A DNA stretch of 64,000 bases, taken from the NCBI GenBank assembly GCA_028023455.1, contig JAQFVV010000006.1, positions 5,952,001 to 6,016,000 on the forward strand, written 5' to 3'. The notes under the pieces are model-generated. The model was not told where the DNA came from, did no database searches, and saw only the letters and a list, made by a program, of their open reading frames with translations. The translations under genes and the position numbers were made by a program. Source of the stretch: Epiperipatus broadwayi (lineage: Eukaryota > Animalia > Onychophora). Of this stretch, positions 39,828-52,589 are shown piece by piece. Within the stretch, counting starts at the first letter, position 1; each line of letters begins with the position of its first letter.

Positions 39828-40208
39828 TCAGGAATAAGTAGTCTTACCGGTAAGTTTTAGTGAATTCACGATGGTTGTAGATAACTATGCATAGTTTTTC
39901 GGGATTAAAATGAACTCACGGCCATTGATTATAAATTGATCTTGGTGCTGGTTCCATAGGCTAGTCGCGTAAGCTTCTCTGGTGTCCATTGATAATGTGT
40001 CAGCTAAATCTCCGGTCTACTCTCGTATGAAGAACTTTTTCATCATAGAGTGGTCTGGATTCTTTAATCCAAAATCAACCAAAAGAATATCAGGCAATTC
40101 AAGACGTTCCTCCAAACGAACCCCTCCTTTTTATACTAGAGGTTCAGCTTTCGGACTTCTGTGCATGCTATTACCATGGCGTTTTGTGTTTATAATCTTA
40201 TACAGTCT
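39828..40208 (-). pseudogene. Unassigned fossil reading frame
   Basis: 127 codons with 3 internal stops (...GVRLEERLELPDILLVDFGLKNPDHSMMKKFFIRE*TGDLADTLSMDTREAYATSLWNQHQDQFIING...); CpG retained. Confidence 0.3.
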
Positions 40209-40499
40209 TTATCATTTTTCAATTACTAAGTTCTCATTTTTTAATCAAGTTTTTTGGTCATGTTTAATTAGCTAAAATATTTTTCTTTTAGCTTATCTTT
40301 TTACTTGCTTTACATTTAAAAAAAAATACGAAAGAATAATTTAACTTTCATTGTATGTTATTTTTAAAAAAAAAAATTATAGTAAAAAAAAAAATCTAAA
40401 TTTACTTTTATTTTTTTTAGCTTTTACCAAATGCCAATATATTTGCAACGTATATAAATAAACGTTACAATATATATATATATTATTTAACTAGATGTT

Positions 40500-41020
40500 A
40501 TTAGAAGGGATTTGAACCCAGACTTTCAAGTTCCCTTTAGTCATCCAATCTACCTTATACAATTAATACACCTAGCCACATATGTGTGGAAAAGATAAAT
40601 GATCTTTAATAAATGTATTTCATGTTGAACCAGCACTCATCAGTTGGTCCAGATTATCATCTCCCGCACCTAAATATAATCCATGCTCACTTTATTTTAA
40701 GATAGCAAATCCTCAAACTTTAATAGACAGGCTTCAATATTCTTCACTCTCCATCTCTTCAGCAATCCATATCATTGAAAATCTGATGATGGCATGTTCA
40801 AAGGCCTTCCTTGTTTACCCATTTTGTTGTCATAGCCATGTTGACCATACATATGAGGGGTCAGAATGACTAATAGTCAACATGGGTATACAAGGAAAAT
40901 TGGAAAACAAGGACTTTGAACATGCCATCATCATATTGTCAATGGTATAGATGGCTGATGACTTGGAGAGTGGAGAATCTGAAGCATGTCCATTAAAGTT
41001 TGAAGATTTTCTATCTTAAT
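40500..41020. mobile_element. Family C fold-back with HHR (about 40600-40660, minus) and tRNA-like module
   Basis: Minus strand ...gactaaagggaacttgaaagtctgggttcaaatccc; inversion near 40850. Confidence 0.8.
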
Positions 41021-42444
41021 AAGACTGCAGAACTGTCAAAACATAGATGTATGTATACATGTACAATAAAACATTTTTGCTAAAAAGTGTTTGAAATGGT
41101 TTGAATAAATTGCATTTATATAAGATATTACAGCAAAATAAGGAAGGGGTGGTTTTGGTAATATCGTAAAATATATTAATTTTGCATATTTAAATATTTC
41201 TTTTATTAATATTTACAGTTTAATTTGTTTGTTTGGATTTTTTTGGGGGGAGGGGAGGATAATTGATGTCGTGTATATTGATATAGCATAATTCATGACT
41301 TCACCATATTTTCAAATTCACTGATACACATTATATATATTGCAATTATTTTAAGTATTGATAATATCTATAACTTTGAACATAGATAGCATTGCCATAA
41401 AATTATTTCATTCATAAGATCTCATTTTATTCGTGGACATGTCATTTGAGGACTTAGAGCACAAGAAATTAATTAATCAAAAAAATAATAACAGAAGTAT
41501 GGTGACATTTAGTGTTTATTGGTTTCTTAACCTTCTCGTTTACACACAATTGAGCTTCATTTTAAATTTTTGGCAATTAAATTTATAGTTTTCTTCCCCT
41601 AGTGAAAATTTTGTGAAACTTTTTTTTTTACGACTTTAAAATTCACATATATTTATGTTCTAATATTTTAATTACAAAAAAAAATCAAAAGATAGCAGGA
41701 AAAATTGAATAATTGGTATTACAAAGGAACTGAAACCACACAATGATGAGTGGACATTGTTTATTCGGCAATCATGAACTTTGATGAGTGTATTTTGCAG
41801 AAATATTATGATTGTCAAAAAAATATGATGATCTAAAAGCTTGATTTTTTGGAAAGTTTATGATTACATTTGTATCATAGTTGTGTAATAATTATTAAAA
41901 ATCAAAAATAAATATTATATATTTATTTTTTACAGAAATTTTTTCTTTTTAAATATAAACAAATATTTTCTTCTGAATATTGTTATATAGAGATTACGGT
42001 TGTGGGAAAACACAGCTTTCTAGAAATGAAGCCACTCACCAGATTGTTATAATATTCAGTAATATCATAAAAATTATGAAAAAATTCTAAACTTTTAAAG
42101 CATAAATTGATAAATTTAGTAGTTATTAAAAAAAAAAATCATTCAGATTTTTAAATCAAACATGAAACAAAGAACATTTTGTTCATTTTGCAAATTGAAT
42201 TGGTTCCACTTTTTGACTAAAATATAATTTTTTAAATAATTCTGGAAATCAAATGTGATTTTTTAAAAATTTCTTTAATTTCTAAACAAAAATATCTATC
42301 GAATGAGGTCAAATTTATTATATTCTGATAAATAATAATGGTTTAATATCAAAATGAAAGTTGAAAGCTTAAATCTAGTGAGAACAAAAAAATATGTCAG
42401 AATGTCAGTGGAAAAATGATTAAATGTGCAAAGTTAATTCTTCA

Positions 42445-42630
42445 TGTGACCACTATTTCCTATGCTTATTCAAGCTGTTAGAAGAGTATCAAACTCTCCA
42501 TATGGTAGTGTCATCCAATGTGAGCCTCAGTAATCAATGGATGCTCAAAACTTCTCGCATTCATTGATTATTGATGTTTGCACAGGGTGGCATTACTATA
42601 TGAAAAGTTTCTACTGTTCCAACAGTTAGA
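42445..42630. mobile_element. Family F short fold-back, degraded
   Basis: aaactctccatatggtagtgtcatcc / gggtggcattactatatgaaaagttt. Confidence 0.6.
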
Positions 42631-42869
42631 TATGAATCAAAAAAAGTCAATAATACATTCAACATACTAATAATCAAGAAATAGATTTTTATGCCCTGCA
42701 CTGGCTAGTGCAATGATAGATTGACATTCTGGAGATCAAGGTTTAGAAGTTGCGGTCCAGATCTTTCACATTAGGTGCTCAAACATTCCCACGCATTTTT
42801 TTTAAAAAAACACGTTTTTTGATATCAGAAAGTATTCAAGTTCAGTGACTATATGATAAATGAAATGAA

Positions 42870-43975
42870 TTACAATGATTGAGATTTTCCACTTAATCAA
42901 TAATATTTCTGTAATGTAATTTTCACTACACCACTCTTACACAAGGTGGGAACTGATTTCTATTCACTTTTAACACTTTGGGGAGGGGCGTAATCATAAA
43001 AATATGACCAAAGACATGCAAAAAAATATACAATCTACAAGATGCACATTTTGTGCTGCACCAGCACTCATCAGTTGGCTCAAACCACAACCTCTTATAC
43101 ATACTTTTATTATTGTTCAATATATATATATATAGATAGTCATTACAGTTTAATTGACGTATTAAACTCGTCACTCTCACAACTTTGACACAAACCACTT
43201 GAAGGAAGTATATTAATAATTTTTATTAGTCATTCATTGAACTAGAAATTATTCACTTAATAAATAAATATGTAGTGTAATTTTCAGTACACCACTCTCA
43301 CGTGCACTTTTAACACCTTGTGGAGGGGTGTAACCATAAACATATGATCAAACACATGTGGAAAAGGTCTACAATCTCCAAGATGCCCATTTCATGCTGA
43401 ACCAGCACTTATCAGTTGACCCAGATCAAAATTTCTTATGCATATCTTTATCATATTTCAATAAATAGACAATTACTACAGTTTAATTGTCAAGCATTGG
43501 TGGTCGAGGTAAGCGACAGCTGCTTTACAAGCAGTTGTCCTGGGTTAGTGTTTTTGCTTCCTGGCTAATGCTGTGACACATGGGAATTACTACAGTTTAA
43601 TTTATAAGTGTCAAACCTACCACCTCATAACTCTAATTGAAATTACCTGATTTAAGTATATTAATTTTTATTAGTTATTCATTAGGCTAGTGATTATCCC
43701 ACTTAATGAATAATATTTCTGTGGGGTAATTTTCACTCTCACACAAGAGAGGGACTAGTTTTTATTTCCCTTTTAACACCTTGTGGAGAGGTATACTCAG
43801 AATATATGGTCCAAGACATGTAGAAAAAATGTATGATCAATTTTTTCACATCTTTGATCACATATTTATGATTATATCACTCTACAGGTATAAAAACGGA
43901 TAAAAAACCAGACCCTGCTTTGAGTGAGAGTGGTGTAATGAAAATTACACTACAGAAATTAATTGAATTACAGGG
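42870..43975 (-). mobile_element. Family B tandem array (about 3 units, period about 340 bp) with a terminal inverted segment (about 43840-43975)
   Basis: HHR motifs at about 43035-43080 and 43375-43425 on the minus strand. Confidence 0.8.
43489..43584 (+). mobile_element. tRNA-Gly(TCC)-derived micro-SINE inserted in family B, 18-bp TSD
   Basis: TSD aattactacagtttaatt at 43471-43488 and 43585-43602. Confidence 0.85.
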
Positions 43976-44019
43976 ATATTTATTTACTTTCCTATAAAGA
44001 TGCGTATAAGACCGTTTGC

Positions 44020-44545
44020 TCTAGTCTATTTAGGTAGTATATTAAAAAGCTTCAATGTCTCCTCATAGAGGAATCTTGTGGCCATGATTTTGTCTCTTTC
44101 CTTTATTTTCCTAATCACATTGAGGCAGAGACGCTCTTCTTCTGGTTGGGACAAGGTATATAATTTGTCACATCTGACAATCCAGATTGAGTAGATAAGA
44201 AACACAGATAATCTTATAATAGGAATGTCTCTGCCATAAATGCACTCTTTGAGATCCATGATTTGATAATAGTCTATAACTGAATTATTATATATGAGGC
44301 TTTTAACATTTCCAAGCCCAAAGCATGACTTAATCACATGCTCGAACGTTTCATCATATCTCTGGCAATTCGAGCATGTTGGTTCCACTTTGGTGATCAG
44401 CCTTCTATACCTGAGAAACTAATTTGTTGGCATAGCATTTAAATTGATCTTGATAATAAAGTCCAGATATTTTGGCTCGACGGCCCAGAATTTAAACAAA
44501 GTAATTATTCTTTTGTTTGACAAGCAGAGTCTGCTTTTAAATTCC
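44020..44545 (-). mobile_element. L1/Tx1-like LINE ORF2 C-terminal fragment
   Basis: FWAVEPKYLDF...CSNCQRYDETFEHVIKSC...IPIIRLSVFLIYSIWIVRC. Confidence 0.8.
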
Positions 44546-46189
44546 ATTTCTAGAAGTTTTCAGATTTAGTATTAAAAAAATTAATTAAACGATATATTAA
44601 CGATAATATATAATAAGGATTTAATTTTCTTTTTTAACTGCATAGAAATTATATTGTGATAAGTGGAAAATGTAAAACTTGAAAGAGAAAAAAAATCTTA
44701 ACTAAACTTAACATTTTGACAAAGTATTCAATTACTTTCAAACCACCCCATCCTCCTCTCGTTTTTTTCTTTCAATTTTTGCATTTTCAAGACAAAAACT
44801 AAAAATTTATTCTTAATTGAAGCATTAAATCTTCCGCTAATATAGGACACAGATGTGTGGAATTACAAGACAAATTATAAATGAAATGAGCTTAAAATTA
44901 AATATAGCAAATTCAATCCTCCATTCCATGAAAGTGATTACGAACAGTCATATTTTGCATTTCAGCTGAGCGATGTAATTTTTTCTTTAGAAAAAAATAG
45001 AAATTAAACTTTTAAAATAGATCAGAGATTTGCAAAGTCTTCCTTGAAAAGTATAATTTAAAAAAATCCATTGATGTGAACATGACATGTAAAATCGTTT
45101 GACAAGATACCAGAAGAATACGTTTTAAAACATTAATTTGAATCTTGTGTAAATTATTATATATATAAAAAAGGTACAAATTATTTAAAATCATTAAAAA
45201 ATGTTATTTTTATGTAAATTATATTGTAGAATGATCTTGAAATGTGTTAGTCAATATATACTTACTGTGGCCATGATATGATTTTAAATCAGGACCTAAT
45301 AAAACGTAAAAAAAAAAAAAAATTCAGTTTCGATACCCGTTTGCTGACCAATATTAGATGGTTAGTTAGATTTTAATATTGGGCATTAAATGGGTATTTA
45401 GCTATGTTTAAACATTAAAAATACTAAAACAAGGATGAAAAATGGCTCAGCTCAAGGTTCCTGAAACATAGCTCAGTTCTCTTTTTTCTGGTGGTGTAAC
45501 TTCTTATAAAATCAGTTCATTGAATTCTTGTTGCTATCTTTGTTGTTGTTGTTCTATGCATGCTATTGGTTAGATTATTGCCCCGCAGGGTGCTAATTTA
45601 GAAATTGTCTTAACTTTTTTTTATTACCTATGTTGTTGTTGGGAGAAGATTGATAAATTAAAGTTGTTTTCTTATTTTGCAAAAATATGGATTTCTTTTT
45701 AAAATGTTTTTTAACCCTCTACTACACTTCATAAATTTTTTCTTAAAAACATTATTAACGGTAAGTTTGGTAAATTTTTAAAAATATATTTCAATGTCTT
45801 TGCAATCAATTTTATTTCCGATGAAGTGTGATAAACGAAAATTCTTTCTGTAAAAAATATGGTCAGTTTTACCATTTGGAAAGAAAAAAGTTTAATTCGA
45901 AATATAAAATGAAAAATGATTGTAGATAAAATAGTCAATGAAAATATTTTCAGATAAAAATATTTATTGTAATATATCATTAAACTCATTCACAATAATA
46001 GGTGGGGAGAAGTGTATTTTTTTGCTCAATATAAATGAAATATTTAATTCTAATCAATTTTAATTGGTTTTAGATCTCGTGGGATAAGTGGATAAATATT
46101 TTTTTGAATTCATTTTTCTTTATTAACACAATTAGAAATACATGTTACAGGTTTTATTTGAATGTTTGTTATAATAGCACTCATAATTA

Positions 46190-46410
46190 TATATTGGACT
46201 ATTTCCATCGTCTAAAATTAATTATTGAATATCTTTAGAAAAATTCAAACTTTACTTCAACATTCCAATTACATTTTAACTGTTAGTAACAGAGCTATAA
46301 GTTAGTATGTAGAACAACGTTTGGAGTAATAATAGTCTTCTATCTTTTTCAGATGTTTCTGGCCTGAGCAATAGCAGTATCAATCCAGGATTAGAACTTG
46401 AGATCTTATG
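46190..46410 (-). mobile_element. Family D copy, head truncated
   Basis: Collinear with 19563-19590 plus 20000-20180. Confidence 0.7.
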
Positions 46411-46429
46411 TATAGTGAATTTAAAATAA

Positions 46430-47445
46430 TATTATATAGGGTATATGAGCAAAGACTTTCACACGATCCACCACTCTCCACACTATCTCATAACACTGAT
46501 ACTCTTGAACATATATATGTTGAAAAGATAAATAATCACCAATATACTTATATCATGCTAAACCAGCAATCATCAGTTGGTCCAGATTACCATCTCTACA
46601 CATACATGCTGTAAGTGCTCAAATATATATTAAGATAGCCAATCCTCATACTTTAATGGACATGCTTCAATCTACTCCATACTTCAACTTTTCAACCGTC
46701 CATCCAATTGAAAATCTGATGATGGAATGCTCAAAGGCCACCCTGAGGCCAAGATTTTTGTCACACCCATGTTGACCTAAGGTCAATCTGACCCCTTATG
46801 TATAGGTCATAATCCATTTAATACATATACAAGGGATGGGCAGACATCTCTTCTATGTAATAACTGAAACACACAGGCTTATTATATACCTTTGTCTATA
46901 TATGTAATATATAGGGTATATGAGCACAGACTTTCACATGATCCACCACTCTCCACACTATCTCATAACACTGATACACTTGAACACATATATGTTGAAA
47001 AGATAAATAGTCACCAATATACATATTTCATGCTAAACCAGCAATCGTCGGTTAGTCCAGATTACTATCCTCACACACATATAAAATCAGTGCTCAGATA
47101 TATGTTAAGATAGCCAATCCTCATGCTTTAATGGACAGGCTTCAATCTATTCCACACATTGAAGCCTGTCCATTAAAGTATGAGGTTTGGCTATCTTAAT
47201 ATATACCTGAGCACTTATAGCATATATGTGTAGAGATGGAAATCTGGACCAACTGATGATTGCTGGTTTAGCATGAAATACATATATTGGTGATTATTTA
47301 TCTTTTCTATATATATGTGTTCAAGTGTATCAGTGTTATGAGATAGTGTGGAGAATGGTGGATCATGTGGAAGTCTGTGCTCATATATCCTATACATTAC
47401 ATATATAGACACAGGTATATAATAAGCCCGTGTGTTTCAGTTAAA
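46430..47445. mobile_element. Family A tandem (minus, period 475 bp) followed by an inverted plus copy
   Basis: gtatatgagc at 46441 and 46916; inversion at about 47158; HHR-like motifs near 46535-46590 (-), 47008-47065 (-) and 47240-47300 (+). Confidence 0.9.
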
Positions 47446-47482
47446 TCTAAATATACCAATTTCAATTTTCATACTAGTATAG

Positions 47483-47635
47483 TCAATGGTTAGACTAGTT
47501 GATTAAAGTATCAGTTTAAATTCAGTATTCTTGAATCTAATGGTTTCCGGGTTTGATTCCTATACTAGCACTGTCACTCATCAGGCCAGCAAAACCTCAA
47601 GAAGAGAGGAGAATAAAACCATTTAAAATGTTAAT
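47483..47635 (+). mobile_element. Family D copy with tRNA-like head
   Basis: tagactagttgattaaagtatc...ccgggtttgattcc...gtcactcatcaggccagc. Confidence 0.6.
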
Positions 47636-47817
47636 ATCATTTATGTTCTTATATTCTTTTTTACAATGCTTTTTACAACTCAATATTTGTATTCACTTAT
47701 TTTTAATGCAATTATTATAGTTCTGAAGAAGATTGCCAGGGCAATCGAAACTGTCATAGTAGGTTGTAAAAAGCATTGTAAAAAGTAATAAAGAACATAA
47801 ATGATGTTAACATTATA
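47630..47817 (+). mobile_element. Family E Penelope-like pseudo-LTR fragment with minimal HHR between inverted repeats of about 58 bp
   Basis: CTGAAGA A GATTGCC-AG-GGCAATC GAAAC T GTC at about 47723-47755; inverted repeats about 47630-47689 and 47762-47817. Confidence 0.7.
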
Positions 47818-48213
47818 TGGATTTGGCAATGCAATAAGAAAGACAAACATTTAAAAGTTTATGATATATTCTAATCTATGGACTATTTACTAACAGATGA
47901 ATGAATTTGAAAAGTTAAATAAAGACTGATTTTTTCTAAAGACATTTTAATAAATAATTCTATATGATGAAAATAGTTCAACATATAATTATAAATTACA
48001 ATCATGAAATATCACAAAAAGAGGACATGTGTAAAAAAGTTTAACAAAGAAGATATAAGCCCAGAAAGTTAAAAAAAAATGAACTAAAATTTTAATCACG
48101 TAAATGATTTCATTTTGACTAATTATTTAAATATTTTCTTCACTATATATATAAATATGCAATTCAAATTTGCATATGTTTGTTCGTCTGTGTCGACGAA
48201 CAAACGTTTGCAA

Positions 48214-48319
48214 TTTTTTTTTCCTCGTGTGTCATAGGATCAGCCGGGAAGTGAACCCACTGACCCAGGACAACTGCTTGTAAAGCAGCTGTCGCTGACC
48301 TCTCGACCACCAATGCTTG
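48214..48319 (-). mobile_element. tRNA-Gly(TCC)-derived micro-SINE with poly(A) and 14-bp TSD
   Basis: TSD acaaacgtttgcaa at 48200-48213 and 48320-48333. Confidence 0.9.
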
Positions 48320-50117
48320 ACAAACGTTTGCAAATTTGAATTACAAATACAAGCGAATGGGAAAATCAATATTATATATGATTAATAACATATATGTTAA
48401 AATCACAGTGAAATGGATATAAATAAATTTAGTTGACAACTTTAATCATAATACACAATGTATTTTATTGCATACAAAAATTGACAAATCTTTTACAGGT
48501 TACATGCATTTCAGGGCACTTTCTTGCATAAGTTGACTTTCTGCCACAAACCATGTAAATATAGCACCCAAATTGGTTGCCATTATAGTAATAATGTAAA
48601 TTGTGCAATTGTTATATTCGTGTCATCTATATTACAAGATAAATTTATGAAGTTAGTCATAGTAAAAAGTATATTGTGTATGATGATTAAACTGATACCT
48701 CATCTATAATTTTGGGAAAATATCCATCAAAATGGATTTAATCTCAGTGCAGTTGAATATAAATCCAGATTGACTAATAGACTTAGGGTTTTATTCTGAT
48801 AACCAGTTCAAAACAAATTTAGCTGAAAATCTATTATAAGTCGGAAAATGGATATATAGATTTGTTGAATGTTTTTTAAACTTGTTTAGGTAAAAACTCC
48901 TCCCGTCTATTTTGGAATGGGAATGAGCGAGTCTTTCCTTAAACATTCCTCCATATTTAAATATTTTGTTTATACAGTTAAACTTTTATATATATATAAT
49001 ATATATTGATAATCTTAACATTATTTATTACAAATATAAGCTTCAAGTGATGGGCATTTTAAAAATTAATATTTGGCATTTTAAAAAATATGAAAATATA
49101 TATCTAAATGAAGATTACAACAAAGCCCACCAGGCATAATTGTATATAATTTACCTCCTCAAAACATTAATAAAATAAAATATTATATATTTGAATTTTA
49201 TGTTATTAAAAGAAGGATTTATTTAGAGTCATCATCAAAGAAAAAAAAATATTCTACAAATTAATAAATTATTTATTGTTATTAAAATTTTTAAATCTTT
49301 TCTTTACCAGTTTGACAAAAGTGATTTTTTACCCAGTAGATCCTGCTTCCGTTTACCATAACAAACTTTGTAAGAATTGTCTTTTTAAAAATAAAATGTT
49401 TTCAAACCATCTACCAGGAAGGTAGTTTGTGATTTAAAAATAAGCCATTAACAAAAATATTGCATCATAATATTTAATTTGTAAACACATTACTGAAAAT
49501 TGCGATTTTTATTTACAAATCTACAATATACACTTATTTAACCTTGGGTTAAAACACTCGGAAAATCAGAAATCCTCATTTTTATTAATTTCTATTTCAT
49601 CTTCCTCTTGGCATTGTTATGCTAATAGAGTACTGACAATCTTGCAAAAGATCCATATAATGCTGAAATCTTCAGATTTTTTTCAACTAATATGTTAAAA
49701 TTATCACTGCAGAAAAAACGAACCTGAAAACCATATTATAAGGTTACAGATAGGCTTAAAATAACACAAGAAAAGATATATCAAATGCAGCAACTTCATA
49801 ACATCTAACACCATGAGTTTTCATGAAGCTACCACTTATTTCTTCTCAAACCACTGAAATTGTATTGGATTATTTTATTATGTAAAAGAATGACAGGATT
49901 GTGCTATATTAATGTATGTTATATTACCTTGTATTTTCTACTACTAGGTGGCGCTCTTATGTTTTTTAATAAAGATTTCAACTGCACTCTTAACATTAAA
50001 TGAAGAGAGATTGTGGATACTTTTCCAACACTATAATTTGATGCATTTTAAAAAATAATCCAAATAAACAGTTTGAATGATATTAAAACAGAAATCATAA
50101 TTTTTAAATACAAGTAT

Positions 50118-51015
50118 AGTATATATACTTAATCTAGATGTAATTAAAGGGGATTTCAACACAGACTTTCATCTCCCTTCCATCATCTACTCTATCTTAT
50201 ATAACCAATAGACATGACCACATGTGTAAAAGATAAATGATCTCCAATATATATATATTGTGCTAAAGCAGAACTCATCAGTTGGTCCAGATCATCATCT
50301 CCCACACATATATATAATCAATGCTCAGTTTATATTAAGGTAACAAATCTTCAAACTTTAATGCACAGGTTCTAATTCTCTCCACTTTCCAACTTTTTAG
50401 TCATATATATCATTGAAAATCTGGTGATTGGAACACAAAATATGTATACTGGAGATTTTTTTTTTTTACACGTATGTGGTCATGTATATCAGTTATAAAA
50501 GATATAGTGGATGACTGAAGGGGGAGCCTGAAAGTGTATTCAAATCCCCTTTAATCGCATCTAGCTAAAGTATATACACTAGTATTTAAATATTACATAT
50601 TCATCCAGTAATCTGACCATTCCTTTTCTGTGTATTTGAATGGACATATTAAGGTCCTACATGTGAGGGATCAGAGGGACTTAAGATCAACATATGATAA
50701 TAATATTGACATCAACAAGGACTTTGAATATTCCATCATCAGATTTTCAATGATATGGATGGCTGAAGAGTTGGAAAGTGGAGAGAATTGTAGCCTGTTC
50801 AGTAAAGTTTGAAGATTGCTATTTTAATATAAACTAAGCACTGATTGTATGTGGGGAAGATAATGATCCGGATCAACTGATGGGTGTTGGGTCAGCACAA
50901 AATATATATTTTGAAGATCATTTATCTTTTCCACATGTATGTGGTCATGGGTATCAGTTATATAAGGTAGAGTGGTTGACTGAAGGAAGTTCGAAAGTCT
51001 GTACTCAAATCCCCT
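50118..51015. mobile_element. Family C cluster: fold-back 50118-50585 plus a plus-strand unit 50640-51015
   Basis: Degenerate HHR motifs near 50240-50295 (-) and 50865-50920 (+); ggtagagtggttgactgaaggaagttcgaaagtctgtactcaaatcccc near 50966-51014. Confidence 0.8.
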
Positions 51016-52163
51016 TTAAGAAATCATAATTATTTTTTATTACCACTTCAGTTTTGGAATTCCATTTGTTTTCAATACTGCTTTTGTTTAGAGAATTTTA
51101 AATATGCACACACATTTCATTATTCTATATTTAATTTTAACATTACTCAACAAACAAATTGGAATTGTTTTACTTTTGAAACAGAGCTCACATATTGTCT
51201 CCGAGAAAAAAATCCAGTCTTTCCACTGAAAGGTAACTCCTCTATTTTTGATACCCGCAACCATTTTAGTGCCAGCGTTTTATTAAATAAACATTACGCT
51301 CCGTTTTAAATTACACAGAAAAGTTACTATTCAAGACTGAAAAATAAGATATTAATTATGGAATCAAATAATATGAAAACTTTGAAATCTAGGCTAAATA
51401 ATGGCATCTTTCCTTATTTGCAAAAGGTATAACTTGTTAGTTGTTTTAATGTCTTTACTATCATAATTAAAAATATAATTAAGTTAACGATTAGTAATTA
51501 TAATAAAAATATAAACAAGCATTTAAAAATAGATGTTTGAAATTTTTAAATATAAATTAAAAGAACGGAGGGGGGGTACAAGTATATGTTTTATATTTAA
51601 TATATATATAAAATAGGAATTGATTTTTTTCCAATGATAGATACGTTGATATAATGTAGAGTCGTATTCAAATCCCCAAACCATCTGAATGAATGATAAT
51701 AGAAAGTAAGTAGTTAGGAGGTTTTCAACATGACCAATCATAACGTCATTCCAAGTACAATGGGGAAAACTAAAATTACTCATCTACAAAGGAAAATAAT
51801 CAGCCTGTTTCATCTAAGCATAATTCAAAAACCTCCTCATTCATCCCTGAAACCTCTAAAGACTTAACATATATCAATTCCCTCAAAATTAATGTCACCT
51901 ATGGATCCTTCTATTAATCCACCTGGGCAAGCAAGCCTATCAACATTGCTCCTTACCAAAGAATCTTCTCTGTCCTGGACTACACACCTTTTCCATATCC
52001 CCTTCCCATTTCATATATATTCCCTTCCACCTCACCATATTGTACTTGAATTTCATTTTGCCATGTAATCATCTCTTTGTAAACCTTTTAAACTGTTATG
52101 TATTTTGTATTTTTGATGAATAAAAGCTTTCATCACTGAGAAAAAAAAATACAATTTTATATT

Positions 52164-52385
52164 ACATATGGCTAAAAGAGGTGATAATAGATGGATAGTT
52201 GAAATTTTAAACTGGACAGCAAGAGATTGTAAAAGACCTACAAATAGACCATATGTGAGATGGAAGGATGGAATAATGAAGTATGCTGGGGTGATGTGGT
52301 GAATAGAGACTAGAATTGGAGAAGATGCATTGAACTTGGAGAGACCATCATCCTGCAATGGATTGATAATGGTTGAAAATGATGC
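52164..52385 (+). mobile_element. RTE-clade LINE 3' end
   Basis: Same family as 19650-19991 (HMAKRGDNRWIVEILNW...RPYVRW). Confidence 0.8.
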
Positions 52386-52589
52386 TATTACAAATTAATT
52401 AACAAAATTATAACATACATTATTTGTATATATATATATTGTATATCCATTATGTGAGTACACATACACATTATATAATTTTAAGAAATATTTATATGTA
52501 TTGAAAATAAAATGAATAAATTATAATATATATATATCAAAGTAGAATTGATGTATGTTTGCATAAATAAACAAAAAATAGCATAATGA

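Noticed and set aside
39467-39849. Two phase-compatible micro-exons (IIIPGLIQTYWQR / LVCKCLILSQSGISSLT)
   Set aside because: No recognisable protein; such splice-like words are common in AT-rich DNA, so not called without RNA evidence
40049-40150. YQAIQDVPPNEPLL as a SET/PR-domain end
   Set aside because: The terminal Tyr and upstream NH/RF motifs are absent
2828-47412. Recurring short ORFs with HVEKINNHQYTYFMLNQQSSVGPDY (2828, 6680, 22360, 46408, 46892, 47215) as a protein family
   Set aside because: They are antisense readings of the family A/C hammerhead region; starts, stops and frames differ between copies
48495-48580. CGRKSTYARKCPE (minus strand) as a gag/ORF1 zinc knuckle
   Set aside because: The conserved His is missing, spacing is off and the surrounding frame is full of stops
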